Of a DNA stretch of 64,000 nucleotides, positions 29,160-39,187 are shown piece by piece; within the stretch, counting starts at the first letter, position 1, and each line of letters opens with the position of its first letter. The stretch is taken from NCBI GenBank assembly GCA_902524895.1, contig CABZFH010000001.1, positions 186,876 to 250,875 of the forward strand, in the 5' to 3' direction. A program made the translations under genes and the position numbers. Source of the stretch: an uncultured Alphaproteobacteria bacterium (lineage in GTDB: Bacteria; Pseudomonadota; Alphaproteobacteria; Methylaequorales; Methylaequoraceae). The notes under the pieces were generated by a model. The model saw nothing but the letters and a program-made list of their open reading frames with translations. It made no database searches and was not told the origin of the DNA.

Positions 29160-29627
29160 TTAAAACAAATTGTCAATTTGTTCTTCTGTCAAATTTGAAG
29201 GAATTATAGTCAGTGGAACTTTTAATCTTAATCTTGACTTACCTGTAAACTCTGAAATCAACGGTCCTGGTCCACTTGAACTAGCTGAAGCTGCCAATAT
29301 TAAGTTTGAAACAAATTTATTTTCATCAAGAAAATTTATAATACAATCAATTCTGTCCCCTTTCATTATATACTTCAGAGGTTTTTTTAGAGACAGTTCA
29401 AATACAAAATCCTCTAATTCTTTAATTTTTTGTTCTGCCTCTTCTTTTAATTCTAATTCTGCAATATTTTCAACGGATTTCCAATGGCTAAATTCGAGGT
29501 TGTTAAAAGTATATAAAATTACAACATTTCCATTTGATCTCCTTGATCTAATTGAAGCATATCTTAAAGCTTGGAACATTTCTTTTGAATCATCAATTAT
29601 TACTAAAAAATTAAGTTTCTTGTTCAT
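29160..29627 (-). CDS. Universal stress protein (UspA family)
   Basis: 155 aa. Usp-like beta1 (LVIIDDS) and a glycine-rich ATP-loop-like segment (SSSGPGPLISEFTGKS). The equal-length + strand ORF 29170..29646 is a low-complexity shadow. Confidence 0.65.
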   Translation of the reverse strand: MNKKLNFLVIIDDSKEMFQALRYASIRSRRSNGNVVILYTFNNLEFSHWKSVENIAELELKEEAEQKIKELEDFVFELSLKKPLKYIMKGDRIDCIINFLDENKFVSNLILAASASSSGPGPLISEFTGKSRLRLKVPLTIIPSNLTEEQIDNLF

Positions 29628-29629
29628 TT

Positions 29630-30337
29630 TTATTTTCTATAAATAAAACTTGCACTTAGTCCAAAAATTATTGCTACTAATGCGCAAAACACTCCATAGA
29701 AAAAAGAAAAGTTATGAGCAAATCTATAAACGAAGGAGTTCAAACCTTTCTTTTTTACAACTAATTCAATTTTTTTTTCTTCAATTACCTTATTTTTTTT
29801 CATTTTTTCCATCACAATTTCATATCTTCCTGTCGGAGAATTATATGGAAGATAAACTGGAACTTTAAAAAAACTAGGGATTTTCTTTTCAATTTTTTCA
29901 AATGAGTTTTCGTTTATCATAAATAATTTAGTGGACATCTTATTTTTAATTAAATCTTTTTTTAGGTTATCATCATCCTTTCCAAGTAACAAAATGTTAT
30001 CGTGAAGTTTTTTTTTAATCCTAAAGTCAATATCACTATTTTTATTATTAGTGTAAAAATGAAAAACAGATGGAAAAGAAAATTCACCACTTTTTTTCCA
30101 AGTCCACATATTTAAGACTTGAGTTTTTTTTTGTAATATTACTTTTTGTTGAGGCCCCTTAATTTTTAAATACACAAACTCTTTTCCTTCGTAATGTCCA
30201 TAAATTGTAAATGTTGGTTTGTTAATTTTTGAATTTAAAAACACTTCATTGTTTGGCAAATCGAAACTTATAGTTTTAGCGAATAAATCTATAGGCAAAA
30301 CAGATACGAAAATAATGATGAATTTTAAATGTTTCAA
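29630..30337 (-). CDS. TIGR02186 / Alph_Pro_TM family membrane protein
   Basis: 235 aa. N-terminal signal, single C-terminal TM helix. Fixed position downstream of a TauE/SafE permease, as I recall for this alphaproteobacterial family. Confidence 0.5.
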   Translation of the reverse strand: MKHLKFIIIFVSVLPIDLFAKTISFDLPNNEVFLNSKINKPTFTIYGHYEGKEFVYLKIKGPQQKVILQKKTQVLNMWTWKKSGEFSFPSVFHFYTNNKNSDIDFRIKKKLHDNILLLGKDDDNLKKDLIKNKMSTKLFMINENSFEKIEKKIPSFFKVPVYLPYNSPTGRYEIVMEKMKKNKVIEEKKIELVVKKKGLNSFVYRFAHNFSFFYGVFCALVAIIFGLSASFIYRK

Positions 30338-31257
30338 TTTATTTCCTGTATTATTATTCTAGAATTCATTAATGGTTCATTGGCTAAATCAAATGACATT
30401 TTTAAACAAACTAATAAAACCAGTGATGCTAATGCCATTCTTAAATGTTCTCCTTTGAATCTGGTAGTATAGTTCGAACCAAATTGTGCACCCAAAACAC
30501 CTCCTGTAAGTAAAAAAACAGCTAGTATCAAATCAACCGATTGGTTTACTGTAGCTTGTAATATCGTAACATTAGCAGTTACAAAAACAATTTGGAACAA
30601 TGAAGTTCCTACTGCAGAAACTGTTGACATACCCATTAAATATATCATAGCGGGAACCATTAAAAATCCTCCACCAACACCCATTAATGCAGCCATCAAC
30701 CCCACTACTGAACCAATGAATATAGGAATCAAAATTGAAATATATTTTTTAGATCTCCTAAAACGAAATTTCAAAGGTAATTGATCCAAAATTGTTCTTC
30801 TTTTTCTGTTTTTTTGTACAGTATTTTTAGGCTTCATAGACGAGATTATACTCTCTGCAAACATTAAGATACCAATAATAGCCAAGAAAATAATGTATAA
30901 GATACTGATAACCAAATCAATCGTTCCTGAATCAATCATAAATCTAAAAAGAATTACACCTAATGTTGACCCAAAAATTCCCCCAATTAACAAAAAAAGT
31001 CCAATTTCGAAATCTATATTATTTCTCCTACTGTGTGCAGAAGCACCTGAAATTGATGAACCTAAAATTTGATTAGCCTCAGTTGCCACAGCAGTAGCGG
31101 GGGGAATGCCCAAAAAAATTAAAATTGGTGTCATTAAAAATCCTCCGCCTACACCGAATAATCCAGATAAGAAACCAACAAAGAATCCAGATAATAAAAT
31201 TATAATTAAATTTATTTCTATGTCTGCGATTGGAAGATAGTAATCCACTAGAAACAA
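30334..31257 (-). CDS. TauE/SafE (DUF81) family anion/sulfite exporter
   Basis: 307 aa, about 8 TM helices. Duplicated GVGGGFLM(T/V)P motif. Confidence 0.82.
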   Translation of the reverse strand: MFLVDYYLPIADIEINLIIILLSGFFVGFLSGLFGVGGGFLMTPILIFLGIPPATAVATEANQILGSSISGASAHSRRNNIDFEIGLFLLIGGIFGSTLGVILFRFMIDSGTIDLVISILYIIFLAIIGILMFAESIISSMKPKNTVQKNRKRRTILDQLPLKFRFRRSKKYISILIPIFIGSVVGLMAALMGVGGGFLMVPAMIYLMGMSTVSAVGTSLFQIVFVTANVTILQATVNQSVDLILAVFLLTGGVLGAQFGSNYTTRFKGEHLRMALASLVLLVCLKMSFDLANEPLMNSRIIIQEIN

Positions 31258-32255
31258 CCCATAATGTCTCTAATTTCTTTCATGTTTTTTGCACCAATTT
31301 CATTTGCTTTTTCGGCACCATCTTTAAGAATTTTTTTTAAAAAAGTTTCATCGTTCAAAATTTTTTGCATTTCTACAGAAATAGAGTTAATTTTCTGATT
31401 TAAGATTTCTTTCAGTGATTCCTTAAAAAAAATAAAATCTCTTTGATGAAATTCATTTATAACTTGTTGAATTGAGGTGTCGGAAACTGAAGCGAAAATC
31501 TTTATCAGATTTTGAATCTCTGGCCTTGCTTCCAACTCTATCTCATTTTTTGGAAAATCTAAAGAATCTGTTTTTGCTTTTCGAATTTTTTTAGAAATTT
31601 CGTCACTCGAATCTTTTAGATTTATTCTAGAAAAATCTGATGGATCAGATTTACTCATTTTCTTCGTTCCATCTCGCAAACTCATAACTCGAGCTGCTGT
31701 ACCAATTATCAATGGATCAGGAATAGGAAAAAAATCAGTTTCATAAAATCTATTAAATGCTTGGGAGATATTCCTACTTAATTCCAAATGTTGTTTTTGA
31801 TCATCACCGACTGGCACCTTTGTAGCTTTATAAAGCAATATATCAGCTGCCATTAAAACCGGATATGAATATAGACCAAGAGGAGCTTTTTCTTTGTTTT
31901 TTCCTGCTTTGTCCTTAAATTGTGTCATACGATTCAACCATCCTATTGGGGTAAAACAACTCAAAATCCATGATAGTTCTGAGTGATAAGAAACATGTGA
32001 TTGAACAAAAATAATATTTCGTTTTGGATCAATTCCTGCAGCAATATATGCAGCAGCAACCTCCAAAATATTATTTTTTATACTAATACAATTTCTTGGA
32101 ACGGTGAATGCATGCAAATCTACAATACAAAAAATACATTTATTGTTATTTTGAAGTTCTACCCAATTTTTAATTGCCCCTAAATAGTTACCAAGATGCA
32201 AATTACCAGTGGGTTGAACGCCAGAAAAAATCAGATCATTAAACGTTTTTTCCAT
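31248..32255 (-). CDS. trpS: Tryptophan--tRNA ligase
   Basis: 335 aa. Class I motifs GNLHLGNY (HIGH) and KMSKS. Confidence 0.96.
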   Translation of the reverse strand: MEKTFNDLIFSGVQPTGNLHLGNYLGAIKNWVELQNNNKCIFCIVDLHAFTVPRNCISIKNNILEVAAAYIAAGIDPKRNIIFVQSHVSYHSELSWILSCFTPIGWLNRMTQFKDKAGKNKEKAPLGLYSYPVLMAADILLYKATKVPVGDDQKQHLELSRNISQAFNRFYETDFFPIPDPLIIGTAARVMSLRDGTKKMSKSDPSDFSRINLKDSSDEISKKIRKAKTDSLDFPKNEIELEARPEIQNLIKIFASVSDTSIQQVINEFHQRDFIFFKESLKEILNQKINSISVEMQKILNDETFLKKILKDGAEKANEIGAKNMKEIRDIMGCF

Positions 32256-33804
32256 TATCCTCTGTAAATTTTATTAGATAAAAGATCTTTAAAAAATATA
32301 TTAAAATTAAATAAATAAAGAAACCAAAAAGAATGTTTGCTAGAACAAATACAAATTTTTCGTAAAATACTATTTTACTCAGTGAATCATACATATTTAG
32401 ATTGATAAAATTTTCCAGACATATCATCATTATCGCTGAAGAAATAATACACTTAATTGCAACCTCGGAAGTTTTTTTGGTTACGTAAAAAAATTGATTT
32501 TTTTTAAGGAGAAAATACAAAATTATACAATTAAACCAGGAAGCTGTAGATGTTGCGTATGCTAAGCCAACATGAAAATAATGGTCGATAAGAATTAAAT
32601 TTAAAACTAAATTTACAATCATAGAAAAAAATGCCACCACTACCGGGGTTTTCGTATCACCTCTAGCAAAAAAAACAACAGCCAAAATTTTTACAAATAT
32701 AAATGCTGGTAATCCAAAACTCAGTGCCACTAAAGCCTCGCCAGTTAACATTCCATCTGAAAATGAAAATTCACCCCTCACAAACAACAAATCTATAATT
32801 TGAATAGACAAAATCATTAAACCACATGCAGCAGGAAATGAAAAAAGCATGCTTAATTGAAGTGAGTTATTTATAGTTAAATTTGATTTAGTATTTTTTT
32901 GTTTAATTTGCTTAGATAGGATTGGTAAAAGTGCTGTGCTTAATGCAATTCCAAAGACTCCCAGAGGAAGCTGATTTACTCTATCTGCAAAATAAAGATA
33001 TGAGATTGAGCCATCAGGTAATGTAGATGCTAAAATCATATCGATTAAGAGATTAAGTTGATATACACCACTTCCAAGAACAGCAGGAAAAAATAAAATC
33101 AGTAGTTTTTTTGCATTTTTACTTAATCCTGAAAATATATCTTTTAAAAAAAAAAATCGTACATTACTTTTTTTCAAATTAATGTACAACCAAATTAATT
33201 GGAGTAACCCTGCGATTGAGATTGAAAATGACAAATTTTTTGCAGTTTGCACCTTTTCAATACTATTGTCATAACATGCCAACAACACTGATAACATTGC
33301 TAAATTAAGTATGATCGGAGTGAGAGCCATTGCTGCAAACTTACTCATGGTGTTTAAGTAACCTCCAAATAAGGATGTTATGCAAATGAATAATAAAAAA
33401 GGAAAAGTTAGTCTTGCTAATTCGATTGCAAGTACAAACTTGTTTTCATTATTTTCAAATCCAGGTGCAAATATATTGATTATGGTTGGCATAAAAATCT
33501 CAAATAATATGATAAAAGGCAAAAGGAAACTCACAATTAAGGTGAATATTTCTGATAAAAATATATCTCCTTTTTTTGCTCCTTCCTTTATTCTAATTCC
33601 TGATACAAGTGGGACAAATGCAGAATTCATCGCACCCTCTGCAAATAATCTTCTAAACAAGTTGGGTAGTTTAAACGCTACAAAAAAAGCATCAGAAACA
33701 TAACTTGCTCCTAATGAAAGAGCAATTAAAAAATCTCTACAATAACCTAAAATTCTGCTGAGAAAAGTTAATGAGCCAATTATTGAAATAATTTTAAGAA
33801 ACAA
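32239..33804 (-). CDS. murJ: Lipid II flippase MurJ (MviN)
   Basis: 521 aa polytopic protein. N-terminal SRILGYCRD, FFVAFKLPNLFRRLFAEGA signature. Confidence 0.93.
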   Translation of the reverse strand: MFLKIISIIGSLTFLSRILGYCRDFLIALSLGASYVSDAFFVAFKLPNLFRRLFAEGAMNSAFVPLVSGIRIKEGAKKGDIFLSEIFTLIVSFLLPFIILFEIFMPTIINIFAPGFENNENKFVLAIELARLTFPFLLFICITSLFGGYLNTMSKFAAMALTPIILNLAMLSVLLACYDNSIEKVQTAKNLSFSISIAGLLQLIWLYINLKKSNVRFFFLKDIFSGLSKNAKKLLILFFPAVLGSGVYQLNLLIDMILASTLPDGSISYLYFADRVNQLPLGVFGIALSTALLPILSKQIKQKNTKSNLTINNSLQLSMLFSFPAACGLMILSIQIIDLLFVRGEFSFSDGMLTGEALVALSFGLPAFIFVKILAVVFFARGDTKTPVVVAFFSMIVNLVLNLILIDHYFHVGLAYATSTASWFNCIILYFLLKKNQFFYVTKKTSEVAIKCIISSAIMMICLENFINLNMYDSLSKIVFYEKFVFVLANILFGFFIYLILIYFLKIFYLIKFTEDNGKNV

Positions 33805-36451
33805 AAGATTTCCTTTTCATGATTTTTTGTTGAAGATCTAATTCAACTTTTTTCATCTCATCTTTTTTAAGCATTCTATATCCTTTCGATTTGTGAACGT
33901 AAAATGTGTCCTCAACTATGTCACCAACAGTAGAAATTTTGGCCATATCAACAATTAGATTATGGGCAAAAAATATTTTAATAATATTAAATAAAAGAAA
34001 TGGCCTGTCCATAGCCGTGATACTAATACTCGTCCTTTCGAGATTTATTTCATTAATAAATTTTATGCTAAATTTTCTTTGAGAAAGTTTTTGTAACATA
34101 TTCAATTTTTTGGATTCCTCTTTGAGAATATTTTTTTTTAGAAATATAGAATTGTTATAATTTATTTTTCTTAACATCAAAAATATTCTTAGTTTTTTCC
34201 TCTCTAAATCTTGTTTATCAAACTTTTTAGGAAACTTCACAGACAGCTTAAATTTATCAATTACCACTTTATTTTTTAGAGTAAAAATTCTTGCCTCTAA
34301 AACCTCTAGATGATTGAAGGCAAAATTCTGAACAAAATCTAATAATAATTTTTTTCTATCATAGGTTGCAATTGTCACATCATAAACACCATTGATTTTG
34401 TTAAAATCAACCCTGAAATCAAATTTCTTTTTTAATTTTTCTCCATCGAAGAAATTACTAATTTGGTTAGCAATTGATTTTATTGATTGTGAAAACCAAA
34501 AGCTGTCTTCAACATTATTGGAAAATTGATTAAACTTTTGTTTGTTTTTATTTTCTAGTAGTAGAAATACTTTTCTCTTTAATTGATTAAGTTTATTTGA
34601 GGGTAAAATATTGTATTTATATAAAAAAGGTTTTCTTAGTAAATCTAAACTTTTATCGTATAATCGTTTTAAAAGTCTTGAAGCCCAATCATTTAAACTG
34701 CTATTATTTACTGATGCAATATCAACAACTGTGAGCACATATAAATAATCAAGTCTTTTAACAGTAGAAACTTTTTTTACAAATTCCCTAACTACAGATT
34801 CCTCCTCCAAATCTTTTTTAAATGCGAAATGACTAAAAATTAAATGATTTTTTATGAGCCAAGCTATTTCACCTGAATCAGTTTTATTAAAGTTAAATTG
34901 CTTAGAGATCTCACCAGCGATCTCGACTCCTCGTTGACAGTGGTCCCCTTTGAGTCCTTTTCCAATATCATGTAAAAAAATAGAAAAAAAAATTACTTTT
35001 TTATTGTTTTGTCTTTGTAAAATATTTCTTACCAATTCAAATCGACTAGAAAGGTTTTTATTAGAATTTATTTTTTTAAGAAGAATCAATGCCTTTAAGA
35101 TGTGTTCATCGACAGTATACAAATGATACAGATCAAATTGAGACATAGCTATTATATTTCTAAATTGTGGTATGACCTTTTCTAAAATTCCAGAATCATT
35201 CATTGTGTACAAAACTTTACTACCACTATTCGATATTAAAATTTTCTTGAATTTTTCTAAAATTTTTTTTTTTTGAAACATCAACGTATTTACTTTAGAT
35301 AACTCGTGATAAAGGAATCTATAGGTTTCTGAATGAATTTCAAAATTATTTTCGTCTACATCTAAAAATATATTTATAAAATTTTCTGTCTTACTTAAAA
35401 ATAGTTTTTTATCAATAATTTTAATACAATTTTCTTCTATAACCGTACCTTTGGTTAAATTTTTTTTCTTTGTGTATTGTTTTTTTTCGGAATAAAAAAA
35501 ATCTATTTGTGTAATGTATTCCATTAAATTTCTAACATTTCTTACATTTAAGAAATAATGACGCATCAATCTTTCAACCTTTAGATTATTATCTTTAGCT
35601 CTATATTTCATGAAATTTGCAATAGAATGTTGGAGATCAAAAGTTAATTTTTCATTTGCTCTTTTACTGAGATAATGCATGTAAATTCTTAAAGTTAGAA
35701 TAAAGTCAAGAGATTTTCTTAATTTACTTTTTTCTAAATCAGAGATTATATTTTGCTTAGATAAAGTCTCAAGATTAGCAGTTTTATTTTTGGTTTTGAA
35801 CATCCAAAAAATAGTGTTTAAATCTCTTAACCCACCCAAACTTTCTTTTATGTTAGGCTCCAGCAAATAGGATTTATCTTTATTTTTTTGAAGTCTTTTT
35901 ATTCTTTCTTTATTTTTTAAATCAATAAATATTTTCTTCTTTCCCTCAGTTAAATTTGACTTTAAAATTTTTTTCACGTCTGTATAAATTCTCTCCGCTC
36001 CAACTATTTTTCTAGCATCAAGTAAAGCTGTTTGAGTTGTTAAGTCTTCATGATTTATTTTTTTTATTGAGTTAATATTCCTTACTGAATATCCAATTTT
36101 TAAACCCATATCCCATAGTTGGTAGAGAAGTTTTTTTATGATTACCGCTATGTCTTTTTTTTCATTTTTAGGAACGATTATTAAATCTATGTCAGAGAAT
36201 GGAGCCATTTCTTTTCTGCCGTAACCCCCCACAGCAAAAATTACCAAATTATTAGAATTAATTTCTGATTCTTTAGTAATTAAACTAAATAAATTTGATA
36301 TCAAATAATCATACGCTTCAGAAATTTGTTTTGATGTGAACGTTCCGTTATTTTTAATAAAAAATTGATCCTCAATTTTTTTTAATTTTTCACGAAATGT
36401 CTCTTTGATGTTTGAAAAACTTTTATCTGAATTGTTTAATTTGTGTAACAT
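33794..36451 (-). CDS. glnD: [Protein-PII] uridylyltransferase / uridylyl-removing enzyme
   Basis: 885 aa. Nucleotidyltransferase GGYGR..APFSDIDL, HD domain (FLHDIGKG), two C-terminal ACT-like regions. Confidence 0.9.
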   Translation of the reverse strand: MLHKLNNSDKSFSNIKETFREKLKKIEDQFFIKNNGTFTSKQISEAYDYLISNLFSLITKESEINSNNLVIFAVGGYGRKEMAPFSDIDLIIVPKNEKKDIAVIIKKLLYQLWDMGLKIGYSVRNINSIKKINHEDLTTQTALLDARKIVGAERIYTDVKKILKSNLTEGKKKIFIDLKNKERIKRLQKNKDKSYLLEPNIKESLGGLRDLNTIFWMFKTKNKTANLETLSKQNIISDLEKSKLRKSLDFILTLRIYMHYLSKRANEKLTFDLQHSIANFMKYRAKDNNLKVERLMRHYFLNVRNVRNLMEYITQIDFFYSEKKQYTKKKNLTKGTVIEENCIKIIDKKLFLSKTENFINIFLDVDENNFEIHSETYRFLYHELSKVNTLMFQKKKILEKFKKILISNSGSKVLYTMNDSGILEKVIPQFRNIIAMSQFDLYHLYTVDEHILKALILLKKINSNKNLSSRFELVRNILQRQNNKKVIFFSIFLHDIGKGLKGDHCQRGVEIAGEISKQFNFNKTDSGEIAWLIKNHLIFSHFAFKKDLEEESVVREFVKKVSTVKRLDYLYVLTVVDIASVNNSSLNDWASRLLKRLYDKSLDLLRKPFLYKYNILPSNKLNQLKRKVFLLLENKNKQKFNQFSNNVEDSFWFSQSIKSIANQISNFFDGEKLKKKFDFRVDFNKINGVYDVTIATYDRKKLLLDFVQNFAFNHLEVLEARIFTLKNKVVIDKFKLSVKFPKKFDKQDLERKKLRIFLMLRKINYNNSIFLKKNILKEESKKLNMLQKLSQRKFSIKFINEINLERTSISITAMDRPFLLFNIIKIFFAHNLIVDMAKISTVGDIVEDTFYVHKSKGYRMLKKDEMKKVELDLQQKIMKRKSFVS

Positions 36452-36465
36452 TTTAATTTTTGAAA

Positions 36466-39144
36466 TTAAGATAATTTCTTTTTTATTTCATATAACAAGT
36501 CGAGAGCATCCTTAGGAGAAATTTTATCTGGTTCGATTTTTAAGAATATTTTTTTTATCTCAGATAAAGCACCATAATTTTCTTCGACATCCTGTTCAGT
36601 CTCACTATAACTTTTTATTTCAGAAATTTTCCCTCTATTTTGTTGTGCATCGTTTAATGATTCTAATATTTCTTTTGCTCTTTTTATAACCGATATAGGA
36701 ACTCCAGATAACTTGGCGACATGAATACCGTAAGAGCTTTTTGAAACACCATCAATAACTTTATACATAAATATAATTTCATCATTCCAATTCTTTGTCT
36801 TTAGAGTTTTTAACTTAATTTCGTTATGATTTGATTTAATATTCGTAAGTTCTTTGTAATGAGTAGCAAATAATGTTAAACATTTCTTTCTTTTAACTAT
36901 GTATTCTAATATTGCCCAGGCAAGCGATAAGCCATCACTATTAGAAGTTCCTCTACCTAATTCATCCAAAATTATTAAAGAGTTTTCTGATGCACCTATT
37001 AACATTCTAGCGGTCTCTATCATTTCAGTCATAAAAGTAGACAGACCTTGACTAAGGTCATCAGATGCCCCAATTCTAGTGTAAATTTTGTCCACGCAAC
37101 TTATTTTACATGACTCAGCTGGTACGAAACAACCCATTTGAGCCATTATAGTTATAATGGCTACCTGGCGTAAATATGTACTCTTTCCAGCCATATTAGG
37201 TCCCGTCATTAAAATTGTCTTTTCTGGGTTATTTAAAATGCAATCGTTTGCAACGAAAGAGGAACTAGTTTTTCTGTAGCTATTTTCTACAATAGGATGT
37301 CGCCCTTGAATTATTTCGAAACATTGCTCACTTGAAAACAATGGTTTGTTGTAATTTCTCTTTTTCGAAATATATGCATAATTTGTAATCACATCTATGA
37401 AAGATATTTTTTGAGTGAATGCATTAAGTAATTTAAATTGATTAATTACCTTTTGACTTACATCCTGATACAATTTTTTCTCTATTTCAATTGCTTTTGA
37501 TGATGCGGTTGCTATCTCTATAGATATTTCTTTTAGCTTAGGTGTTAAAAATCTTGAGGAATTAGTTGTATTTTGAATTAATTGAAACTCAAATCCTTCA
37601 TCTTGAATTAACTTATGAGAATTTTTTTTACTGACTTCAATAAAAAATCCATGGATATTGTTAAATTTAATTTTTAAAGTTGGAACATTAACATCCTCAG
37701 AGTATTTTTTTTGTAGAGCCAATACTTCTTTTTCTCTATATTTTTTTATATTTCTCAATTTATCTAGGTCATTTGATACTCCTTCTTTAATAAAATCTCC
37801 CTCATTCAGATTTGCTGGACAAGATTCTTTGATAATATTATCGATAGTTTTTTTTACTTCGTAAATCAATTCCAACTGACCCTTGTCAAAAACTAGTTTT
37901 TTGACTAATTCGTTATTCATTGAATTAATTTCTTTAAATGTACCTAGACTTTTATCTATGAAATTTGAAACAATCAACATGTCTCGTGGATTGTTGACAT
38001 TTGCAGATATCCTGGACAAAGTTCTATCCATATCAGGTAGATTTTTAAGATAAGCTCTAACATTAGATGTTGATAGATCTTCAGAAAAAAATGCATCAAC
38101 AAAATTTAACCTTTCTTCGATTTTTTTTGAACATTTTAATGGCATTTTAATCTGATTTCTTAGCATTCTTGCTCCACCAGAAGACATTGTTCGATCTAAA
38201 ATATCAATTAAACTTCCTCTTTTTTCTCCATTTTTTTTTCTAAAAATTTCTAGACTTTCATTTGATATTTGGTCAACTTCCAAATAGTCTTTTTCAGAAA
38301 CGACATTAATTTTAAGTATATTTGGAACATTGTTTTTTTGAGTAATTTGTAAATAGTTGATTAAAGATCCTGCTGTAGAAATACCTAAATCATTCAGGTC
38401 TGAAAAAATATTTAAAGATTCTAAACCGAAAAATCTTTTTAACTTTTCCTCATTATTTTTCCTATCAAAAGAATACTCAGAAACATATGTGACTTTATCA
38501 TTCCAAATTTTAAATATTTCTTTCAACCCAACTTTTTGTTGTATTCTTTCAGTTGTTATAATCTCACACGGTTCAATTTTAAAAAGTATATCCTTAAATT
38601 CAGCTTCATTATCAAGATAAGTTAAATTGAAAATACCTGTAGTCATATCTAGCCAAGAGACACAGTAGTTCCCTTTATCAACATAAACCCCGACCAAATA
38701 ATTAAAATCTTTTGAGTCTAATAACTGCTCCTCCATGAGAGTTCCAGGAGTAATAATTTTTACAACATCTCGAGATATTATTTTAGAATGTTTATTAGTA
38801 ACATCAATTTCAAACTTATCTTCAAATTGCTCAGCAATAGCAATTTTATGGCCTGATTTTATAATACGTGAAATATATGTCTGAGCAGAATGATATGGAA
38901 CCCCACACATCGGAATGTCTTCATCGTTATATTTCCCTCTTTTAGTTAAGGCAATGCCCAGTTCTTTGGAAGCAATTTTAGCATCATCAAAAAAAAGTTC
39001 GTAAAAATCTCCCATTCTGTAAAACAGTAAATATTCTTGATGCCTAGATTTGACTTCTAAATATTGTTTCATCATTGGAGTGGTTTTTGCTTTAACTAAC
39101 TCCAACTCAAATGGATCAATTATATTTTGTTGTTTAAGTTCCAC
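36466..39144 (-). CDS. mutS: DNA mismatch repair protein MutS
   Basis: 892 aa. TPMMKQY, GDFYELF mismatch-binding motif, Walker A GPNMAGKST, DELGRGTS. Confidence 0.97.
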   Translation of the reverse strand: MELKQQNIIDPFELELVKAKTTPMMKQYLEVKSRHQEYLLFYRMGDFYELFFDDAKIASKELGIALTKRGKYNDEDIPMCGVPYHSAQTYISRIIKSGHKIAIAEQFEDKFEIDVTNKHSKIISRDVVKIITPGTLMEEQLLDSKDFNYLVGVYVDKGNYCVSWLDMTTGIFNLTYLDNEAEFKDILFKIEPCEIITTERIQQKVGLKEIFKIWNDKVTYVSEYSFDRKNNEEKLKRFFGLESLNIFSDLNDLGISTAGSLINYLQITQKNNVPNILKINVVSEKDYLEVDQISNESLEIFRKKNGEKRGSLIDILDRTMSSGGARMLRNQIKMPLKCSKKIEERLNFVDAFFSEDLSTSNVRAYLKNLPDMDRTLSRISANVNNPRDMLIVSNFIDKSLGTFKEINSMNNELVKKLVFDKGQLELIYEVKKTIDNIIKESCPANLNEGDFIKEGVSNDLDKLRNIKKYREKEVLALQKKYSEDVNVPTLKIKFNNIHGFFIEVSKKNSHKLIQDEGFEFQLIQNTTNSSRFLTPKLKEISIEIATASSKAIEIEKKLYQDVSQKVINQFKLLNAFTQKISFIDVITNYAYISKKRNYNKPLFSSEQCFEIIQGRHPIVENSYRKTSSSFVANDCILNNPEKTILMTGPNMAGKSTYLRQVAIITIMAQMGCFVPAESCKISCVDKIYTRIGASDDLSQGLSTFMTEMIETARMLIGASENSLIILDELGRGTSNSDGLSLAWAILEYIVKRKKCLTLFATHYKELTNIKSNHNEIKLKTLKTKNWNDEIIFMYKVIDGVSKSSYGIHVAKLSGVPISVIKRAKEILESLNDAQQNRGKISEIKSYSETEQDVEENYGALSEIKKIFLKIEPDKISPKDALDLLYEIKKKLS

Positions 39145-39187
39145 TTTGTTATAGTAATTATGTAATAATTAATATTTAAACATTTTC

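Noticed and set aside
29170-29646. A 158-aa plus-strand ORF mirrors the Usp gene. There are many other 60-130-aa antisense ORFs in the track (e.g. 826..1119, 7929..8201, 14209..14553, 20472..20834, 45287..45733, 58718..59113).
   Set aside because: They lie fully inside well-supported genes on the opposite strand and have low-complexity Ser/Phe/Leu/Ile-rich translations with no recognisable motifs. They are typical shadow ORFs, where stop codons are rare antisense to real genes.
39145-39187. TGTTAT ... TGTAAT hexamers in the mutS/phoR divergent spacer as a possible Pho box.
   Set aside because: The hexamers are 14 bp apart rather than 11 bp, and the match to TGTCAT is weak. This is likely chance in AT-rich DNA.
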